Of a stretch of DNA of 20,000 bases, positions 9,388 to 17,264 are shown piece after piece (positions within the stretch are counted from its first letter, which is position 1; each line of letters starts with the position of its first letter). The notes under the pieces were generated by a model. The model did no database searches. It saw only the letters and a program-made list of their open reading frames with translations, and had not been told where the DNA came from. The stretch lies in the sequence record DRR723986_3478. The stretch is one strand, 5' to 3'. Both the position numbers and the translations under genes were made by a program.

Positions 9388-9783
9388 TTATTTTACTAGC
9401 ACACCCTTTAATTGCATTAAGGGTAAAGTTTGCAACGCTTTTTCGTTAATGGTATTTTTTCTAAAAAGATAAGACTTATCAAACATTTGATTACCAATAA
9501 AGAAAGTGACTTTAAACGTATTATTTAAGGCTAAGACTTGTTCTTGTAAAAATTCAATTTTCGCAAAGCTTTTTGATGGTAATTTAGCTATTGTATGACG
9601 CATTGGTGGCGTCATTTTAGTATCAGAATACCCTTGAGACACAATAAGGACAGTATCTAAATCTTCAAGACTATTGTTGATGATATAGGCATTCCAGTCT
9701 TGTGTTTTATATTCTAGATGTTCTTCTTGCACAACAGCAACAAAAACATCTTTCACTTCTGGAATTTGTATATCCTTTTTCAA
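9388..9783 (-). CDS. Hypothetical protein, 131 aa
   Basis: TTG start 3 nt after the pheS stop, globular beta-rich composition, fills the gap in the same orientation as pheS. Confidence 0.8.
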   Translation of the reverse strand: MKKDIQIPEVKDVFVAVVQEEHLEYKTQDWNAYIINNSLEDLDTVLIVSQGYSDTKMTPPMRHTIAKLPSKSFAKIEFLQEQVLALNNTFKVTFFIGNQMFDKSYLFRKNTINEKALQTLPLMQLKGVLVK

Positions 9784-9786
9784 AAT

Positions 9787-10806
9787 TTATAAAGCCGATT
9801 TAAACTGCTCTAGGAAACGTACATCATTTTCACTTAATAGACGAATGTCGCTAATTTGATGTAATAATAAAGCTATTCGGTCTATTCCCATTCCGAATGC
9901 AAAACCGGAGTACTCTTTTGAGTCAATCCCACAATTATCTAAAACGTTAGGGTCTACCATACCACAACCCATTATTTCTAACCAGCCTGTTCCTTTGGTC
10001 ATCTTATAGTCAGTTTCTGTCTCAAGTCCCCAATAAACATCAACTTCTGCACTCGGCTCTGTAAATGGAAAATAAGAAGGACGTAATCTAATTTTAGATT
10101 TTCCGAACATCTCAGTTGTAAAATATTGCAGCGTTTGTTTTAAATCTGCAAAACTCACATCTTTATCAATATACAAGCCTTCAACCTGATGGAAAAAGCA
10201 GTGTGAACGTGCAGATATGGCTTCATTTCTATACACTCTACCAGGTGAAATGGTACGAATTGGTGGTTTGTTATTTTCCATATAACGCACCTGCACAGAA
10301 CTTGTGTGCGTGCGTAATAATATATCCGGATCCGTTTGAATAAAGAAGGTATCCTGCATATCTCTTGCCGGATGATATTCTGGTAAATTTAATGCTGTAA
10401 AATTATGCCAGTCGTCTTCAATTTCTGGTCCTTCACTAGCATTAAACCCAATACGAGAAAAGATATCTATTATCTGATTTTTCACTATAGAAATAGGATG
10501 ACGTGCACCTAAGGCAACAGGTTCTCCCGGACGAGACAAATCGCCATAAATACCATTATCTTCATCTTGATTGTCTAGAGCTTCTTTAAGAGCATTTACC
10601 TTATCTTCAGCTGTTTTCTTTAACTGATTTATAGTCTGACCGAACTCTTTTTTCTGATCATTAGCAACATTTTTAAACTCAGCAAAATATTGCTTAAGCA
10701 GTCCTTTAGACCCTAAATATTTAATTCTGAACGCTTCAACCTCTTCCTTAGATTGAGCTGAAAATGCTTCTGCTTCTGCTATAAGTTCTTTTAACTTGTC
10801 TATCAT
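9787..10806 (-). CDS. pheS: Phenylalanine--tRNA ligase alpha subunit
   Basis: Motifs HPARDMQDTF, LLRTHTSSVQ, PGRVYR, FHQVEGL, RPSYFPFTEPSAE and GFAFGMGIDR. Confidence 0.99.
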   Translation of the reverse strand: MIDKLKELIAEAEAFSAQSKEEVEAFRIKYLGSKGLLKQYFAEFKNVANDQKKEFGQTINQLKKTAEDKVNALKEALDNQDEDNGIYGDLSRPGEPVALGARHPISIVKNQIIDIFSRIGFNASEGPEIEDDWHNFTALNLPEYHPARDMQDTFFIQTDPDILLRTHTSSVQVRYMENNKPPIRTISPGRVYRNEAISARSHCFFHQVEGLYIDKDVSFADLKQTLQYFTTEMFGKSKIRLRPSYFPFTEPSAEVDVYWGLETETDYKMTKGTGWLEIMGCGMVDPNVLDNCGIDSKEYSGFAFGMGIDRIALLLHQISDIRLLSENDVRFLEQFKSAL

Positions 10807-10826
10807 GATTACCTTTATTCAGACCG

Positions 10827-10834
10827 CAAATTTA
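10827..10834 (-). promoter_or_regulatory. Bacteroidota housekeeping promoter -7 box for pheS
   Basis: TAAATTTG on the - strand, 20 nt upstream of the pheS ATG. Confidence 0.55.
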
Positions 10835-10841
10835 AAAAATC

Positions 10842-11198
10842 TTAGTCGATATACTCTGTTTCTACAAAATAGTTAACAATAGCCTCTTTCATTAAAATAC
10901 TTTGCTCGCCCGCTTTTAAGTGAGGCAATTGTGCTTTTACCCTGTAATGAGGCCAACCATCATCATCTACATAGTCAAACTCATAAAATCCATAAGGTGC
11001 TAACAGCTTACAAATTGCAATATGCATAAGATCTAATTTGTGGTCTTTTTTATAATCTAGGTGAATTTGACCTAGCTCCTGCACACCAATCAAATAGATA
11101 ATAGCATCAAGATCTAATCTATCTCCATCAGCAAATTGATTTGATAGTTTCTCCACTACCAAGTCCCATCGTTCCTTAAGTTGTTCATCTCTCGCCAT
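10842..11198 (-). CDS. Hypothetical protein, 118 aa
   Basis: Clean ATG ORF with its own promoter box. Motif-like segments LIGVQELG, HIAICKLL and DDDGWPH. Confidence 0.82.
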   Translation of the reverse strand: MARDEQLKERWDLVVEKLSNQFADGDRLDLDAIIYLIGVQELGQIHLDYKKDHKLDLMHIAICKLLAPYGFYEFDYVDDDGWPHYRVKAQLPHLKAGEQSILMKEAIVNYFVETEYID

Positions 11199-11229
11199 TT
11201 CTATTTAATCATACTAAAAATTAAAGATC

Positions 11230-11237
11230 CAAAGTTA
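11230..11237 (-). promoter_or_regulatory. Bacteroidota housekeeping promoter -7 box for the 118-aa gene
   Basis: TAACTTTG on the - strand, 31 nt upstream of ATG 11198. Confidence 0.55.
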
Positions 11238-11291
11238 ACAAACTAAAGCCTTTTGATTTACGTTATTATATCTAAAAGATAAAAATTCGTT

Positions 11292-11299
11292 TATTTTTG
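11292..11299 (+). promoter_or_regulatory. Bacteroidota housekeeping promoter -7 box for cvpA
   Basis: TATTTTTG, 18 nt upstream of ATG 11318. Confidence 0.55.
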
Positions 11300-11317
11300 T
11301 CTAAACTACTACTAACT

Positions 11318-11836
11318 ATGAGTCTTATTGATATTATTTTAGCTGCCCTTTTGCTTTTTGGATTTATAAGAGGTCTTTTTAAAGGCCTTTTTGTGGAAGT
11401 TGCTTCTCTTGTGGCACTTGTTCTTGGTGTCTATGGCGCCATACATTTTAGTGGTTTTGCTGCAGGATTTTTAGAATCTAAAGTAGAATGGAATGAGAAA
11501 ACAATTAATATTGTTGCTTTTGCAATAACCTTTGTTATTATTGTTTTAGCGATTAGTTTAGCTGGTAAAGCCTTAACCAAATTAGCTGATTTCGCAGCTT
11601 TAGGGTTTTTAAATAAGCTTTTAGGCGGTGTTTTTGGTGCATTAAAAATTGGTCTAATATTAAGTGTTTTACTAATTGTATTTAATAAGCTTAATAACAC
11701 CTTACCTTTTATGGAGAAGGAAGATTTGGAAGAAAGCGTTCTTTATGAACCTGTTAAATCTTTAGCTGCTTTAATTTTCCCAACCCTTATAAAAGGTGAA
11801 GCTGAACAAGAAGATTCATCCGATAATGAAGCATAA
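11318..11836 (+). CDS. cvpA: CvpA (colicin V production) family membrane protein
   Basis: IDIIL...GFIRGLFKGLFVEVASL and LNKLLGGVFG motifs, about 4 TM helices. Start taken at ATG 11318. Confidence 0.9.
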   Translation: MSLIDIILAALLLFGFIRGLFKGLFVEVASLVALVLGVYGAIHFSGFAAGFLESKVEWNEKTINIVAFAITFVIIVLAISLAGKALTKLADFAALGFLNKLLGGVFGALKIGLILSVLLIVFNKLNNTLPFMEKEDLEESVLYEPVKSLAALIFPTLIKGEAEQEDSSDNEA

Positions 11837-11862
11837 AAAAGCCACTCAAATGAATGGCTTTT
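11837..11862. terminator. Bidirectional intrinsic terminator between cvpA and the carbonic anhydrase gene
   Basis: AAAAGCCA-ctcaaatgaa-TGGCTTTT inverted repeat with A/T flanks. Confidence 0.75.
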
Positions 11863-11899
11863 AATTAATCTATTGTAATTTAATTATTACTAAGTAATA

Positions 11900-12529
11900 T
11901 TAAAGCATTTCTACTTTACCTGTATGTAGACTATAAACACCACCAACAATAGTTATTTCTCCATTGTCTTCCATTTCTTGAAGAATCTGACTTTTTTGTC
12001 TAATCCTATCCATAGTTAGTCTCACATTATTCTCAACAGTTTTAGCTACAAATTCTTTGTTAGATGAGTTAGCTTCACCCTCTACTTCATCTGCAGATTT
12101 TCTTACGGCTGGCATAATATTACTCAGCATTGCGGTAATATTTCCTAATTCTACACCATCACATGCTGCTTTAACTGCACCACAACTTTCGTGACCAAGT
12201 ACCATAATCAGCTTACTTCCTGCAACATTACACGAGTATTCCAAACTTCCTAGAATGTCGGTATTTTCAAAATTACCTGCAACTCTGGCAACAAAAATAT
12301 CACCAATTGCTTGGTCTAATACTGTTTCTACAGGTACACGAGAGTCTATACAAGACAAAACAACTGCCTTTGGATATTGTCCGCCAGTGGTTTGGTTAAC
12401 AAGGGCAGAATTATCTGCACCTTCTGGTGTTCCACTAACAAATCTTTTGTTTCCTTCTAGTAAATCTGCTAAAACACTTTGTGGTGTCATTGCACTCTGA
12501 ACATCTTTTGTTACTGCTGTATTCTTCAT
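11900..12529 (-). CDS. Beta-class carbonic anhydrase (cytoplasmic)
   Basis: Zn ligands CIDSR and GHESCGAV, plus LLEGNKRF, GDIFVARVAGN and GSLEY. No signal peptide. Confidence 0.95.
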   Translation of the reverse strand: MKNTAVTKDVQSAMTPQSVLADLLEGNKRFVSGTPEGADNSALVNQTTGGQYPKAVVLSCIDSRVPVETVLDQAIGDIFVARVAGNFENTDILGSLEYSCNVAGSKLIMVLGHESCGAVKAACDGVELGNITAMLSNIMPAVRKSADEVEGEANSSNKEFVAKTVENNVRLTMDRIRQKSQILQEMEDNGEITIVGGVYSLHTGKVEML

Positions 12530-12543
12530 TTTTATATTTGTTT

Positions 12544-14406
12544 TTAGTATTCGTCTTTTACGTTTAATTTAATCCATTTTAAACATTCTTTGAATGATTT
12601 AAAAATATGTTCTTCAGAAATGAAATCTGGTATAATATCAATTCGCTCCATCATATATCTTGGTTGCCTTAGGAGATTTACAAATAGAACATCTACGTTA
12701 CGCCGTTTCAAATTCTGCAGCATATCTTCCATTGCGTATAAACCAGATTGATCCATATATTGCATTCTCCCTAATCTCATAATAACAATGGTAGCAGTAT
12801 CTGGAATCTGCGCTGATAGTGCCTGAAAATCACTGGTAGAACCAAAAAATAATGGGCCTTTTAAATGTTTAATAAATACTTCTTCTTTTAAATTTACGGG
12901 GAAATTTACTTCATCTGGCCAAGCTTCTTCTTTTAATGCTTTCACATCGGATCGCTCTGCAGTTAAGTCACCTATTTTTTTCATGAACATTAAGGATGCG
13001 ATGACTAAACCAATTCCAACCGCATAAACCAAATTCCAAAATGTTGAAAGCACTAATACAACGAGCATTATTATAACTTCAGAACTTAATTTAAGTGGTC
13101 CTAATTTTATATCCTTTGGTAAACTTGGAATGGCTTTAAGTCCTTTATAATCCATAACACCAATACCTACCGTTATTAAAATCCCGGCTAAAACAGCTGC
13201 TGGAATTTTAGATGCTAAAGGCGCTAAAGCCAATAAAATGAAAAATAATAAAACACCTGCAATCATCCCTGAAAGTCTGGTTTTTCCTCCAGCATTAATA
13301 TTAACAACTGTTCTAATTGTAGCACCTGCACCAGGAATACCACCAAAAATAGAGGCAATACTATTTCCTATGCCCTGACCTATTAATTCCTTATTTGGTT
13401 TGTGTTTGGTTTTGGTCATATTATCAGCAACAACACTGGTCAGCAAAGAATCTATAGCGCCTAACAATGATAATGTTAAGGCTGTAAAAATGTATGGTGT
13501 GATACTACCTAATTTAAACGCTGTGAAAATTTCTAATCTTGGTAATGGTAATTCTTGAGGAATTGTAGGTATGGGTTTGTAATCTAAATTTGCCAATATT
13601 GCTATAGCAGACATTATAATTAAGGCAATAAGTGTACTAGGAATTTTTGTAGTAATACGTTTAAATCCATAAATAATTAGGATAGTTCCCAATGCCAAAA
13701 TTAGTTCTAACCAATTAATATTTTGTAAAGCTCTAGGTAATAATTTTATGGCACCAACGACACTTTTTGCTTCTTTAGTCGCCAAGTTTACAGACTCCTT
13801 TTTAATATCTGCTTCTGTAATTTCTTTGGACTTTTCTATAGTTTTATTAAACTCTTCTAAAACTAATACACCATCAACAGCTTCATCTTTTATAATTTTT
13901 TCTAAAATAACCTCTTCTGCTTCAGGTCTAAATTTACTAACAAACTCATCATCCTGACTAGCGTTATATCCTAATATTGGTAAAATTTGAGTTATTAAAA
14001 TCATCACACCAATTGCAGTCATAAAACCAGAAACTACTGGGTAAGGAATATATCTAATATACTTTCCCAGACCAATTAAGCCTAAGCCAATTTGCATTAA
14101 TCCAGCTAATAGAAAGACTGTTAGAATTGCTGGTAATGCTTTTTCTACGCTTCCGCCATGTGCACCTATTAAACCAGCAATAACTACCATACTTAATGCC
14201 GTCATTGGTGCTGTAGGACCAGATATCTGTGTATTTGTTCCACCAAAAAGGGCAGCAAAAAAGCTTATAAAAATGGCTCCATAAAGACCTGCACTAGGAC
14301 CTAAACCAGATTGCACACCAAACGCTAATGCTAATGGCAATGCCACAATACCAGCTGTGATACCACCAAATGCATCTCCTTTAAAGTGAGCAAAAAAGTT
14401 CTTCAT
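12544..14406 (-). CDS. SulP/SLC26 anion transporter with STAS domain, BicA-like
   Basis: ALPLALAFG, GLYGA, QISGPTAPM, AIDSLLTSVVAD, ELIGQGIGN and PGAGATIRT. STAS domain with GPLFFGS and YMDQSG. Confidence 0.93.
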   Translation of the reverse strand: MKNFFAHFKGDAFGGITAGIVALPLALAFGVQSGLGPSAGLYGAIFISFFAALFGGTNTQISGPTAPMTALSMVVIAGLIGAHGGSVEKALPAILTVFLLAGLMQIGLGLIGLGKYIRYIPYPVVSGFMTAIGVMILITQILPILGYNASQDDEFVSKFRPEAEEVILEKIIKDEAVDGVLVLEEFNKTIEKSKEITEADIKKESVNLATKEAKSVVGAIKLLPRALQNINWLELILALGTILIIYGFKRITTKIPSTLIALIIMSAIAILANLDYKPIPTIPQELPLPRLEIFTAFKLGSITPYIFTALTLSLLGAIDSLLTSVVADNMTKTKHKPNKELIGQGIGNSIASIFGGIPGAGATIRTVVNINAGGKTRLSGMIAGVLLFFILLALAPLASKIPAAVLAGILITVGIGVMDYKGLKAIPSLPKDIKLGPLKLSSEVIIMLVVLVLSTFWNLVYAVGIGLVIASLMFMKKIGDLTAERSDVKALKEEAWPDEVNFPVNLKEEVFIKHLKGPLFFGSTSDFQALSAQIPDTATIVIMRLGRMQYMDQSGLYAMEDMLQNLKRRNVDVLFVNLLRQPRYMMERIDIIPDFISEEHIFKSFKECLKWIKLNVKDEY

Positions 14407-14499
14407 AAATTAATTATAAACTGATTTCTAAGTTACTCTAATTTTAATTGAATCATACCATTCCTGAAAAATTAAATTCGCTAACAAAACGACATCAAA

Positions 14500-15288
14500 T
14501 TAGGTTACTAACAAAGACACATTTGCCTTATTTATAAGGTCTTTAGTGAAATTTGATTTCATTATAGATTTATTATTTCTATCCAGACATAATAGGTTAA
14601 TTTTATGTTTGGAGACATAATCTGAAATAGTTTTTATTATATTCGGATTGCTTTCAAAAACAAATTCTACTTTCTCAATATCTTCTAATAATCCAGATGG
14701 TTCTTCATTTAGCGATGTATCACTTATCTTAAAGGTTTTTATTGGTTGATTTGAATAACCAATAAAATTTTCTGCTAATTCTTTATTATTAGAGTTATCT
14801 ATATTCTGAAATATACCAAGAGCCAAATCTTTATCAAACTCAATTGTATTTTCTTGACCTATGATTATAACTGATCCACTAAAGTTTTTTAGTACAAACT
14901 CTGTTATATCATCACCTGTAAAACTCAATAAATTTTGTTTTCTTTTTCCTAAAACAATAATGTCAGGTTTAGTAGCTTTTATGCGGTCCAAAATTTCTTG
15001 TTTTACATTGCCAAAAGCAAACTTATATTTAACTTTTAAATTATGGTTAGAAGCTATAGGCTCTATAAGTGATTTTAATTTTTTATCTGTAATAACAGAT
15101 TGTTCACTTATAGTTCTAACAGCAGATAATTGACTTTCACGCCCTACAATTTCTGTTGGTTTTTTAACATGAAAAAGTTCAATCTCTCCATTAATAATTT
15201 TAGAAATTTCTACGGTACTTTTTAAAAGTGTTTTTGCTGTACCTTTTAAATCTGAAAGAACCAGTATTTTATAGCTACTATTTTTCAT
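14500..15288 (-). CDS. Universal stress protein (USP), probably with two domains, the second degenerate
   Basis: KILVLSD N-terminal strand, IELFHV, FGNVKQEIL...PDIIVLGKR and G-DDITEFVLK match the USP fold. A second unit ends in INLLCL...KANVSLLV. Start is ATG 15288 or GTG 15291. Confidence 0.85.
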   Translation of the reverse strand: MKNSSYKILVLSDLKGTAKTLLKSTVEISKIINGEIELFHVKKPTEIVGRESQLSAVRTISEQSVITDKKLKSLIEPIASNHNLKVKYKFAFGNVKQEILDRIKATKPDIIVLGKRKQNLLSFTGDDITEFVLKNFSGSVIIIGQENTIEFDKDLALGIFQNIDNSNNKELAENFIGYSNQPIKTFKISDTSLNEEPSGLLEDIEKVEFVFESNPNIIKTISDYVSKHKINLLCLDRNNKSIMKSNFTKDLINKANVSLLVT

Positions 15289-15299
15289 CACTGTATCTT

Positions 15300-16892
15300 T
15301 TAAGATAATTTTGGTCTAAGTCTAAAAAACTTAAAAAAACTTTCAGGATTCTCAATAACACCTCTTTCTGAAATTAACTTTATATCAATATGCCGTTCTT
15401 TAGCTTTGATGGCAAAATCATCTAAAATTTCAATAATATCGTTATCTAAATATGTTGTTTTACGTACATCTAACTCTAAATATGTATCTCTAGGTAAACT
15501 ATATAATTCTTTTAAAATGGCACCCTTATTAAAGAAAGTTACCTCTTCCGCTAATGTCATTTTTATTTTATGCTTTCCATTACTTTTATCTTCAATATGT
15601 AAAAAATGTGAATTTTGATAACTCTTTATTAATATCACAACAATGCCAATAGCTAATCCCATACCTATTCCTTTAAGTAAATCGGTAAATACTATACCTA
15701 AAACTGTTACTGTAAATGGTATAAATTGCTTCCAGCCGAGCTCATACATCTTAATAAACAACGATGGCTTTGCTAGTTTATATCCTACTATTAATAAAAC
15801 AGCAGCAAGAACTGATAGTGGAATCATGTTAAGTAGTTTTGGTATAAGCATTACTGATATCAACAATAAGAAACCATGTATTATAGCTGACATTTTACTT
15901 CTACCACCAGATTGAATATTTGCTGAACTTCTTACAATTACCTGAGTTATTGGTAATCCACCTATTAAGCCAGAAATTATATTACCTGTACCTTGAGCTA
16001 ATAGTTCTCTATTTGTTGGTGTTACATTTTTATGTGGATCTAATTTATCTGTCGCTTCAACACATAATAGCGTTTCTAAACTCGCAACTAGCGCAATTGT
16101 GAAGGCTACAATCCATATTTCCGGGTTAGTAATTTGACTAAAATTTGGAAAACTAAACTGTCCTAAAAAAGAATTAATACCATCTGGTACCGGGACACTT
16201 ACTAAGTGAGAAGAATCTATACTTAAGGTCTCATTTGACTGCGTTAAAACATAAAATATAATACCTACAACTACGGCAACCAAAGGTCCTTGCACAACCT
16301 GAAAGAATTTTCCTTTTTTAGAAAGCACATTTCCCCAAAGTATTAAAATACCCAAAGAAATAAAGCCAATTAGCGCAGAACCAAGCTTTATATAATTGAT
16401 GGAATTAATGATTTCTGAAAACGTATTTTCACCATCTACTTGAATAAATGCAAAGTCGCCTTCAGGGTCAGCATCATACCCAAAGAAATGAGGTATCTGT
16501 TTTAAAATAATTATAATTCCTATTCCTGTCAACATACCTTTTATAACTGATGACGGGAAATAATAACCAATAATACCTGCTTTTAGAAAACCAAATACTA
16601 GTTGAATAATACCACCTAAAACAACGGCTAATAAAAAGTTTTGATAACTACCCAGAGTTGCAATTGCTGCTAAAACAATCGCAGCTAAACCTGCAGCAGG
16701 GCCACTAACACCAATTTTAGAACCACTAAGTGAACCAACCACAATACCACCAATAATACCAGCTATTAAACCTGAAAATAATGGTGCTCCACTGGCTAAT
16801 GCAATACCTAAACATAATGGTAGTGCTACAAAGAATACGACAATACTCGCTGGTATGTCATTTTTTAAAGTTTTAAACATAGAAAATTTCAT
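15300..16892 (-). CDS. SulP/SLC26 anion transporter with short STAS-like C-terminus
   Basis: VALPLCLGIALASGAP, VSGPAAGL, ASLETLL, NRELLAQGTGN, PITQVIVRSSAN. The start could be ATG 16880 (MFKTLKND) instead. Confidence 0.93.
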   Translation of the reverse strand: MKFSMFKTLKNDIPASIVVFFVALPLCLGIALASGAPLFSGLIAGIIGGIVVGSLSGSKIGVSGPAAGLAAIVLAAIATLGSYQNFLLAVVLGGIIQLVFGFLKAGIIGYYFPSSVIKGMLTGIGIIIILKQIPHFFGYDADPEGDFAFIQVDGENTFSEIINSINYIKLGSALIGFISLGILILWGNVLSKKGKFFQVVQGPLVAVVVGIIFYVLTQSNETLSIDSSHLVSVPVPDGINSFLGQFSFPNFSQITNPEIWIVAFTIALVASLETLLCVEATDKLDPHKNVTPTNRELLAQGTGNIISGLIGGLPITQVIVRSSANIQSGGRSKMSAIIHGFLLLISVMLIPKLLNMIPLSVLAAVLLIVGYKLAKPSLFIKMYELGWKQFIPFTVTVLGIVFTDLLKGIGMGLAIGIVVILIKSYQNSHFLHIEDKSNGKHKIKMTLAEEVTFFNKGAILKELYSLPRDTYLELDVRKTTYLDNDIIEILDDFAIKAKERHIDIKLISERGVIENPESFFKFFRLRPKLS

Positions 16893-16896
16893 TTTT

Positions 16897-16918
16897 GTTA
16901 ATGAGGAATCTCATTAAC
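16897..16918. promoter_or_regulatory. Perfect inverted repeat directly upstream of the first SulP start
   Basis: GTTAATGAG-gaat-CTCATTAAC: 9-bp stem, 4-nt loop. Function unknown. Confidence 0.55.
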
Positions 16919-16970
16919 CATTTTTTTAATTAATTGTAATTGGACAATAGCAGTCCTTAAAAAGAGAAAA

Positions 16971-17264
16971 TTAAATTAATTCGGGAGGCGGAAAAATTTG
17001 GTTTAAATGCGGCTTTGCATAGGCCTTGAAAATGTAAGCCACGTTGTGCGCATTTTTACCGTCCAAAATAGAAGCTTCATGATTGTTTGTTGTTGCTTCG
17101 AAAAGAAGCTTAAAACTCTCATTTTCTTCTTCTTCATTCATTCCAAAGAAATAAGTAACATCAATAGAATCATCCATCGTCATAATTAACGATGGTGCAG
17201 AAATAACACCCATAAATAAAATGGTGAAAAAAATAGCAATATTTTGACGTAACTTCATTTTCAT
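16971..17264 (-). CDS. Small membrane-anchored/exported hypothetical protein with C-terminal PPP motif; candidate leader (arrest) peptide
   Basis: 97-aa ORF co-oriented with the cluster. N-terminal basic plus hydrophobic segment, EEEENE patch, ends PHLNQIFPPPELI. Start may be 17264 or 17258. Confidence 0.75.
   Translation of the reverse strand: MKMKLRQNIAIFFTILFMGVISAPSLIMTMDDSIDVTYFFGMNEEEENESFKLLFEATTNNHEASILDGKNAHNVAYIFKAYAKPHLNQIFPPPELI

Noticed and set aside
11318-11836. cvpA as evidence for a bacteriocin locus
   Set aside because: CvpA is a widespread housekeeping membrane protein. No bacteriocin precursor, immunity or exporter genes are present.
11885-11899. Inverted repeat TATTACT-A-AGTAATA behind the carbonic anhydrase stop
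   Set aside because: Short and almost entirely A/T in an AT-rich spacer. A better terminator lies at 11837-11862.
11431-17189. Short antisense ORFs 11431-11700, 12255-12500, 13748-13957, 14861-15133, 15406-15618, 15643-15915, 15920-16102 and 17007-17189
   Set aside because: All lie opposite well-supported genes and look like typical reverse-frame artefacts.
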